From an uncultured Nitrososphaerota archaeon (GTDB lineage: Archaea > Thermoproteota > Nitrososphaeria > Nitrososphaerales > Gagatemarchaeaceae): a stretch of 64,000 nucleotides of DNA. The notes beneath the pieces were generated by a model, which saw only the letters and a list, made by a program, of their open reading frames with translations, did not search any database and was not told the DNA's origin. Position numbers and translations under genes: made by a program. This document shows, in pieces, positions 58,006 through 64,000 of this stretch. The stretch is taken from assembly GCA_963703285.1 (NCBI GenBank), contig OY969807.1:1248001-1312000 (forward strand), written 5' to 3'. Each line of letters starts with the position of its first letter. Position 1 is the stretch's first letter.

Positions 58006-59078
58006 GGACGGGCCACTACGAGGCGGTCGATTCGGGCGGCGGGCCCTCGATGGTCCGCGAGGAGTCGAGGGACCAGCTCAGGGAGGTCGACGCGATCGTC
58101 TTCGACTGCGATGGGACGCTGATCGACGCCCGCAGGTCCTACGACACGACCATACTCAGGACGACGAAGAAGATGATCGAGGGTTTCTCAGGTGTCTCCA
58201 TCCCGCTGGAGGACGCGGGCGGGGAGATGATTCTCGCCATCCGGAGGACGGGGGGTTTCAACAGCGACTGGGACACGACCTACGCCCTCTCGCTGCTCTC
58301 GGGGGCCGCCATCGAGCGTTGCGAAGTGGGGAAGAGCCCCGACCTGGTCCTGGCGGAGCTGGGGAAGCTGGTCGCCGACTTCGGATCGAGGAAGAGGCTG
58401 GCCGGACACAGGTCCATCGATGGATACATCGCCCGTGCTGGGCTCGCCTCCGAAGGCATGAAGGAGCTCCGCAGGTACCTCGGCTATCCCGGAAACGCAA
58501 GGGTGTCCAGGATGACGGCGGCGTTCGACCAGCTCTACTACGGCGGGAGGCTCTTCCGCGAGGTCTACGGGGTGAGGCCCGCCACCTGGTACGAAAGGGG
58601 GCTGATAGAGAGGGAGACGCTCTTCGTCGGCCGAGAGGACCTCGTCAGGTTCAGGCGAATAGTCGGCGGGAAGAGGATGGCCATCGCGACGGGCCGTCCG
58701 TTCGTGGCGGTCAAGCACGCGCTGGGTCGGCTCCTGAGTTACTTCGAGAGGGACGCGTCGGTGTTCATAGGGGACATAGACATCTACCCAGAGCTCGCCT
58801 CCGAGATGGAAAGGTACAGGAAGCCGAGCGGAGCTAGCCTGATCAAGGCGCACGAGATGCTCAAGCCGAAGATGATGCTCTACGTAGGCGATTCGGCCGA
58901 GGACAGGCTCATGGTGGACGACGCCCGGAAGAGCTACGGGAACACGCTCTTCGCCGGAATATATGGGACATCCTTCGATGACGCGTCGCAGATGTCATAC
59001 TTTAGAGGGACGGGCTCCGACCTGCTGGTGAAGACTCTGGACCAGATGCCCGCGCTGCTCGAGATGATCAAGAAATGA
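58002..59078 (+). CDS. HAD-superfamily hydrolase in his operon (candidate histidinol-phosphate phosphatase)
   Basis: FDCDGTL, GGFNSDWD, ATGRP, KP, YVGDSAED; ATGA-coupled to hisD and hisB. Confidence 0.8.
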   Translation: MRTGHYEAVDSGGGPSMVREESRDQLREVDAIVFDCDGTLIDARRSYDTTILRTTKKMIEGFSGVSIPLEDAGGEMILAIRRTGGFNSDWDTTYALSLLSGAAIERCEVGKSPDLVLAELGKLVADFGSRKRLAGHRSIDGYIARAGLASEGMKELRRYLGYPGNARVSRMTAAFDQLYYGGRLFREVYGVRPATWYERGLIERETLFVGREDLVRFRRIVGGKRMAIATGRPFVAVKHALGRLLSYFERDASVFIGDIDIYPELASEMERYRKPSGASLIKAHEMLKPKMMLYVGDSAEDRLMVDDARKSYGNTLFAGIYGTSFDDASQMSYFRGTGSDLLVKTLDQMPALLEMIKK

Positions 59079-59653
59079 GGAAGGCGCAAGTCAGGAAGAA
59101 GACCAGGGAGACGCAGGTGGAGGTATCCGTCGACCTCGACGGGAGGGGTGCGTCTGTCTGCGCCACGGGGGTGAAGTTCCTCGACCACATTCTCGATTCC
59201 TTCGCGACGCACAGCCTCGTCGACCTCAGCGTCAGCGCAGAGGGAGACCTGCAGCACCACATCGTCGAGGACGTGGCGCTTGCCCTGGGGGCTGCCCTCA
59301 GCGAGGCGCTCTCGGACAGGGCCGGTATCGCCCGCTTCGGCGAGGCTATCGTCCCGATGGACGACGCCCTAGTCCTCGTGAGCATCGACCTGGTGCGCAG
59401 GCCGTACGCCTCAATCCAGCTCGGTCTCGAGCGGGTGATGGTCGAGGACGCGCCGAGGGAGGACCTGGAGCACTTCTTCCAGTCCCTCGCGACGAGCCTT
59501 GGCTCGACGGTGCACGTCAAGGTCCTTGACGGGAAGAACGACCACCACAAGTTCGAGGCGGCCGTGAAGGGGGTCGCGCTGGCGTTCAGGAGGGCGGCGA
59601 CGCCCGACCCCAGGCGCTCGGGGAAGCAGCCCTCGTCGAAGGGGGCGATGTAG
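59075..59653 (+). CDS. hisB: Imidazoleglycerol-phosphate dehydratase
   Basis: FLDH.L, HHIVED, PMDD, NDHHKFEA, PSSKG. Confidence 0.95.
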   Translation: MRKAQVRKKTRETQVEVSVDLDGRGASVCATGVKFLDHILDSFATHSLVDLSVSAEGDLQHHIVEDVALALGAALSEALSDRAGIARFGEAIVPMDDALVLVSIDLVRRPYASIQLGLERVMVEDAPREDLEHFFQSLATSLGSTVHVKVLDGKNDHHKFEAAVKGVALAFRRAATPDPRRSGKQPSSKGAM

Positions 59654-59654
59654 C

Positions 59655-60248
59655 ATGAAGTTCAAGGTCTTCAACTACGGCGCGGGGAACCTCTACAGCA
59701 TCCGGGTCGCACTGGAGAAGGAGGGCGTGACCCCAGTCGTGACCAAGACCGGGGCAGGGATGGAGGAGGCCGACGGGCTGGTCCTTCCCGGCGTGGGGTC
59801 GTTCGACCAGGCCGCCAGGACCCTGCCGATGGAGAGGATCAGGGAGGTCATCAGGTCGGGGAAGCCCGCCTTGGGCATCTGCCTTGGCCTGCAGCTCTTC
59901 TACTCGTCGAGCGAGGAGGGCAGAGCGAGGGGGCTCTCCCTGCTCAGGGGGAGGGTCAGGCGCTTCCCGGCTTCGGTGAAGGTCCCGCAGATAGGATGGA
60001 ACACACTCGCAGTCAGGAAAGGGGGCGACCTCACGGACGGAGTCCCGGACGGCTCGTGGGTCTACTACGTCAACTCCTTCGTGCCCGAGGCGAAGGGCCC
60101 GACGGTCGCTGCTACGAGCACCTACGGCGTGGAGTATCCTGCACTCGTCGCCGGGGGGAACGTCTACGGCGCTCAGTTCCACCCGGAGAAGTCGGGGTCC
60201 GTAGGTCGGAGGGTGCTCCAGAACTTCATCAGGGCGGCGAAGAGATAG
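59655..60248 (+). CDS. hisH: Imidazole glycerol phosphate synthase glutaminase subunit
   Basis: LPGVGSF, GICLGLQ, QFHPEKS. Confidence 0.95.
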   Translation: MKFKVFNYGAGNLYSIRVALEKEGVTPVVTKTGAGMEEADGLVLPGVGSFDQAARTLPMERIREVIRSGKPALGICLGLQLFYSSSEEGRARGLSLLRGRVRRFPASVKVPQIGWNTLAVRKGGDLTDGVPDGSWVYYVNSFVPEAKGPTVAATSTYGVEYPALVAGGNVYGAQFHPEKSGSVGRRVLQNFIRAAKR

Positions 60249-60250
60249 GC

Positions 60251-60964
60251 ATGGAGCTCTGGGCGGCAATCGATCTTCTTGGAGGGGCGGCGGTCACCCT
60301 CGTCCAGGGCAGGGCGGACGAGAAGACCGTCTGGAACGCAAGCCCGCTGGAGTTCGCAGGGAGGTGGCAGGACGCCGGCGCGGACGGGCTACACGTGATC
60401 GACCTCGACGCGGCCTTCGGCAGCGGGTCGAACAGGGAGGTCGTGGCTAGGATCGTCAGGGAATCGAGCGTCCCGGTGCAGGTGGGCGGCGGGATCAGGA
60501 GCGCCGAGGCTGCGCGCCAGTGGTTGGAGGCTGGCGCGTCGAGGGTCGTCCTGGGGACCCTCGTCTTCGGCGAACCGAATGCTGCCAAGGAGCTGATCGA
60601 GGCCCATGGGGCGGAGAGGCTGGTCGCCGCAGCGGACTACAGGGACGGAGAGATAGTAACGAGAGGTTGGAAGGAGAGCCAGGGGATAGGGGTACTCCAG
60701 GCGGTCATGAGCCTCGAGGCGCAGGGATTCAGGAACCTCCTGGCGACGTCGGTCGGTAGGGACGGAACGGAGTCGGGACCCGACATCGCGACGGTCGAGC
60801 AGCTCTCCTCCGTGACCAAGATGAAGGTGATGGCGTCGGGGGGAATCCGCGACGTGGAGGACTTGGCACGGCTCGAGGGCGCGGGCGCCTGGGCCACCGT
60901 CATCGGGAGGGCGCTCTACGAAGGCAGGGTCGAGCTGGCCGAGGCCAGGAGGAGGGTACGCTGA
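60251..60964 (+). CDS. hisA: ProFAR isomerase
   Basis: AIDL.GG..V.L.QG, LHVIDLD, VGGGIR, RDGT, ASGGI. Confidence 0.95.
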   Translation: MELWAAIDLLGGAAVTLVQGRADEKTVWNASPLEFAGRWQDAGADGLHVIDLDAAFGSGSNREVVARIVRESSVPVQVGGGIRSAEAARQWLEAGASRVVLGTLVFGEPNAAKELIEAHGAERLVAAADYRDGEIVTRGWKESQGIGVLQAVMSLEAQGFRNLLATSVGRDGTESGPDIATVEQLSSVTKMKVMASGGIRDVEDLARLEGAGAWATVIGRALYEGRVELAEARRRVR

Positions 60965-61722
60965 TGCCCCTCGCCAAGAGGGTAGTGCCCTGCCTCGACG
61001 TGAAGAGCGGGAGGGTTGTCAAGGGAGTGAACTTCGGGGGGCTCCGGGACGCAGGCGACCCTGTGGAGATGGCAGAGAGGTACAGGGACGAGGGGGCCGA
61101 CGAGGTGGTCTTCCTCGACATCACGGCGAGCCTCGAGAAGAGGGCCACGCTCAGGTCCCTTGTAAAGAGAGTGGCCGCTAACCTGGACATCCCGTTCACG
61201 GTAGGTGGTGGAATCGGGACGATGGGAGACGCGAGGCTCGCACTCTGCAGCGGCGCCGACAAGGTCGCGGTGAACACGGCCGCCCTAGAGCGACCCGACC
61301 TGATCAGCAGGCTGGCAGAGGTGTTCGGCTCCCAGTGCGTCGTCCTCGCCATAGACGCAAAGAAGACGAATCACGGTTACGAGGTCTTCAGTCACTCCGC
61401 AACCAGGTCGACCGGTCTCGGGGCGGTCGAGTGGGCGAAGAGGGGCGCCGAGCTGGGTGCCGGTGAGCTCCTCGTGACCTCCATAGACCGGGACGGCACG
61501 AAGATGGGCTACGACCTAGGACTGCTCGGGGTGATAACGTCCAGCGTCAACGTCCCGGTGGTGGCGAGCGGCGGAGCGGGGAGGCTCGAGCACTTCCTCG
61601 AGGCGTTCCGCGACGCGGGGTGCGACGCCGCCCTGGCGGCCTCGCTCTTCCACTACGGCGAGCTCACGGTCGGGGAGGTGAAAGATTATCTCAGGGCGAA
61701 CGGGGTCGTGGTGAGACCTTGA
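60964..61722 (+). CDS. hisF: Imidazole glycerol phosphate synthase cyclase subunit
   Basis: [32 protein letters not shown]. Confidence 0.96.
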   Translation: MPLAKRVVPCLDVKSGRVVKGVNFGGLRDAGDPVEMAERYRDEGADEVVFLDITASLEKRATLRSLVKRVAANLDIPFTVGGGIGTMGDARLALCSGADKVAVNTAALERPDLISRLAEVFGSQCVVLAIDAKKTNHGYEVFSHSATRSTGLGAVEWAKRGAELGAGELLVTSIDRDGTKMGYDLGLLGVITSSVNVPVVASGGAGRLEHFLEAFRDAGCDAALAASLFHYGELTVGEVKDYLRANGVVVRP

Positions 61723-62045
61723 ATCAGGCAGCGATGGGCGAGATAGACTTTGCCAAGGGGGATGGCCTCGTCCCGGTGGTGACCCAGGAGGCGACCTCGG
61801 GGAAGGTGCTCATGGTCGCCTACGCCAACGAGGAGGCCGTTAGACTGACGCTCGAGACCCGCATGGCGCACTACTGGAGCAGGTCCAGGAACAAGCTGTG
61901 GAAGAAGGGCGAGGAATCGGGGAACGTGCAGAAGGTGCACGAGGTGCTGATAGACTGCGACGGGGACACGCTGCTCTACGTCGTGGACCAGTCAGGGCCG
62001 GCGTGCCACACCGGCAACGAGACCTGCTTCTTCAGAAAGCTGTAG
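61719..62045 (+). CDS. hisI: Phosphoribosyl-AMP cyclohydrolase (no HisE fusion)
   Basis: YWSRSR..LW.KGEESG, DCDGD, ACHTG..CF. Confidence 0.95.
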   Translation: MNQAAMGEIDFAKGDGLVPVVTQEATSGKVLMVAYANEEAVRLTLETRMAHYWSRSRNKLWKKGEESGNVQKVHEVLIDCDGDTLLYVVDQSGPACHTGNETCFFRKL

Positions 62046-62081
62046 GGCCAGACTCCGGCCTGGGCAGAGGGGAACCGTCCC

Positions 62082-63149
62082 CTACTCCCAGAGGAACCTG
62101 CCGTTCTCGTAGACGGGGGCGTCGTCGAAGAGGATGGTGCCGTGTGCCTTCATGCTCTTGATCATGTCGATGTGTATGTTGCTCTTGTTCTTCCCCCCGA
62201 GGTCCTCGAAGGCACGCCCCACCGCCATGTGGATCGTGTCCCCCATCTTCTCGTCGAAGAGGGTGTTCCTGGTCGCCTCCGTTATTCCCCTGTTCATCCC
62301 GATGCCAAGCTCTCCGAGGTGCCTGGCTCCGGGGTCGGAGGCTAGCATCTCGCTGAGGAGCTCGTTCCCGACTTCGGCCCTGTGCTCCGTTACCTCGCCG
62401 CCCACGAACTTCAGCCGCACGCCGCTTATCGTGCTCCCGAAGTACAGGAATGGGACGTCGAAGTAGACTTCGCCGTTGACGCTCTCCTCGACCGGGCTGG
62501 TGAACACCTCTCCGCCAGGGAGGTTCTTCAGGCCTGCGTCCACGATCGGCTTCCGTCCCTCGATGGAGAAGGAGATGTCCGTCTCGTCCCCGACTATGCG
62601 GACGCTCTTGGTCGCCGCCATCCTGTCCGCCAGTATCTGCATCCGCTCCGCCGCCGCCGGCCAGTCCCTGAGCATCGCGCCGTAGACAAAGTCGCAGTAG
62701 GCCTCGAAGGACATGCCCGCCTCCTGGGCCAGCGAGGGAGTGGGGTGGAGGGTGGCGTTCCACCTCTCCTTGCCCATGACTAGCTGGTTCAGAGGTCCCC
62801 GTCCCTTCATGAGCATCCCGAACTTGGCCGGCGGGACGTCACCGAGCTCCTTCGTGTTCTCCGGGGCGTTTATCCCGATGAACACGTCCGCTTCCCGGAA
62901 CAGCGCGAGCAGGGGGTCGGGATATGACAACAGGTTGCTTTCGCCCGCGTTCAGCATGAAGGCCCTGCTGATCTGCGCGTCTCCCATGGCTACGTGAATC
63001 TGTCCTCCGGCCTTCCCCACCTCCGCCGCTATCTCTGTGATCAAGGGGAGGGCAGTGCTCGGTGCGTTGACGAGGACGAGGTCGCCCTGCTTCACCCGGC
63101 AGGAGTAGTTGACGATTATCTTTGCATGTTCTGAGACCCTAGGATCCAT
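62082..63149 (-). CDS. M29 family aminopeptidase (AmpS/AmpT)
   Basis: NLPGGEVFTSP, LGELGIG, LFDEKM..T.H.A.G, H.D. Confidence 0.92.
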   Translation of the reverse strand: MDPRVSEHAKIIVNYSCRVKQGDLVLVNAPSTALPLITEIAAEVGKAGGQIHVAMGDAQISRAFMLNAGESNLLSYPDPLLALFREADVFIGINAPENTKELGDVPPAKFGMLMKGRGPLNQLVMGKERWNATLHPTPSLAQEAGMSFEAYCDFVYGAMLRDWPAAAERMQILADRMAATKSVRIVGDETDISFSIEGRKPIVDAGLKNLPGGEVFTSPVEESVNGEVYFDVPFLYFGSTISGVRLKFVGGEVTEHRAEVGNELLSEMLASDPGARHLGELGIGMNRGITEATRNTLFDEKMGDTIHMAVGRAFEDLGGKNKSNIHIDMIKSMKAHGTILFDDAPVYENGRFLWE

Positions 63150-63314
63150 AGTCGGTCACGGTCCAGTCCGGGTCATTTCGGCCCCCCTTGGTCATTTAGG
63201 GATTTCGGCCAGGGACAGAAGTCCAAGGCCTTCTGCCGGAAGCTCTAGAATGGCCGTAGGGCATAGCACCGACCTGTTCGTCGGCGGTTAAATATGGCCT
63301 GACGCTAATCGTTC

Positions 63315-64000
63315 GTGGAAGTCGGGTCGGTTCGACGCGGAAGCGATGGAGACGAGTCTGATGCACCCAGGTCTGGCGCAAGAAAGTTCGAGCCGCTGGA
63401 CGTTCGAATCGCACTGCACGAGAAGGCGGTCGCGCTACGGCAAAAGGGCTGCACGTACAGACAGATCGCGGACACAATCGAACGGGATTCAGGCATCAGG
63501 CTCTGCAAGAAGACAATCTCGAACTGGACGCGGGGTAAGACGAACCCGATTCGAGCTGGTCGCTCGTTCGTAGCCAAGCCCACCCCGGAACTCGCCTACG
63601 TGATCGGGGTGGAGACCGGCGACGGGTTCCTGAACGTAAAGGCGCAGACCTACCAGTACAGGATCAGGCTGAGGGCGGTGAACCGCGAGTTCGTGGAAGC
63701 CTTCAACCAGGCGGTCGCGAAGGTCCTCGGATGTCCCCCACACAAACTGTGGAAGGGAGAGAAGGCGAGGGAGACCGAGGTCGAGTTCGGGAGCTACCTG
63801 CTCCACAAGTTCCTGTCGCAGAAACTGGATGACTTGAAGCCATTCATAGAGTACGATAGGTCCTGCGCTGCCTCATTCATCAGAGGTTTCTTCGACTCTG
63901 AGGGATCCGTCAACACGCGAGAACAGCTGACGGCGAGCAATACTGATCTGAACCTTCTTCACTACGTCCAGGAACTGCTAAGAGGAAGATTTGGCATCGA
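63315..64000 (+). CDS. Double-motif LAGLIDADG endonuclease with N-terminal HTH, cut by window edge (not in ORF track)
   Basis: GTG about 22 nt after TTAAATA; frame open to the end; YRQIA..TISNW HTH, LAYVIGVETGDG, FIRGFFDSEGSV, ASNTD. Confidence 0.85.
   Translation, partial: MEVGSVRRGSDGDESDAPRSGARKFEPLDVRIALHEKAVALRQKGCTYRQIADTIERDSGIRLCKKTISNWTRGKTNPIRAGRSFVAKPTPELAYVIGVETGDGFLNVKAQTYQYRIRLRAVNREFVEAFNQAVAKVLGCPPHKLWKGEKARETEVEFGSYLLHKFLSQKLDDLKPFIEYDRSCAASFIRGFFDSEGSVNTREQLTASNTDLNLLHYVQELLRGRFGI

Overview
High-GC archaeal chromosome segment. The ribosomal proteins, BRE/TATA promoters, BHB tRNA introns, DUF1512 and his gene layout suggest a Nitrososphaerota/TACK lineage; this taxonomy is inference. 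Core content: partial r-protein operon (rpl3-4-23-2-rps19); a branched-chain amino acid (BCAA) supercluster (ilvB-ilvN-leuA-leuC-leuD-leuB-ilvE, ilvC, ilvD, a 2-oxoacid dehydrogenase complex, lipA, lipB); Lhr helicase; a short archaeal SMC-like operon with kleisin/kite-like partners; a his operon; and two tRNAs. Highlights: (1) a leaderless 21-aa Val/Leu/Ile-rich leader peptide with hairpins upstream of ilvB, a candidate archaeal ribosome-sensing attenuator, with a weaker His-uORF analogue before hisG; (2) a 5-kb island between ilvC and ilvD of secreted/membrane protein genes punctuated by four direct copies of a 26-bp site; (3) a 4.6-kb IS6-family transposon with TIRs and an 8-bp TSD carrying a fused restriction-modification gene; (4) a free-standing LAGLIDADG gene inserted in the 5' end of the kleisin-like gene with an apparent replacement N-terminus; (5) a tRNA-Ala with three BHB introns; (6) an IS481 with a 15-bp TSD that rewrote a methyltransferase C-terminus. 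Four single-base frameshifts may be assembly errors. All calls are by eye, with no database searches.
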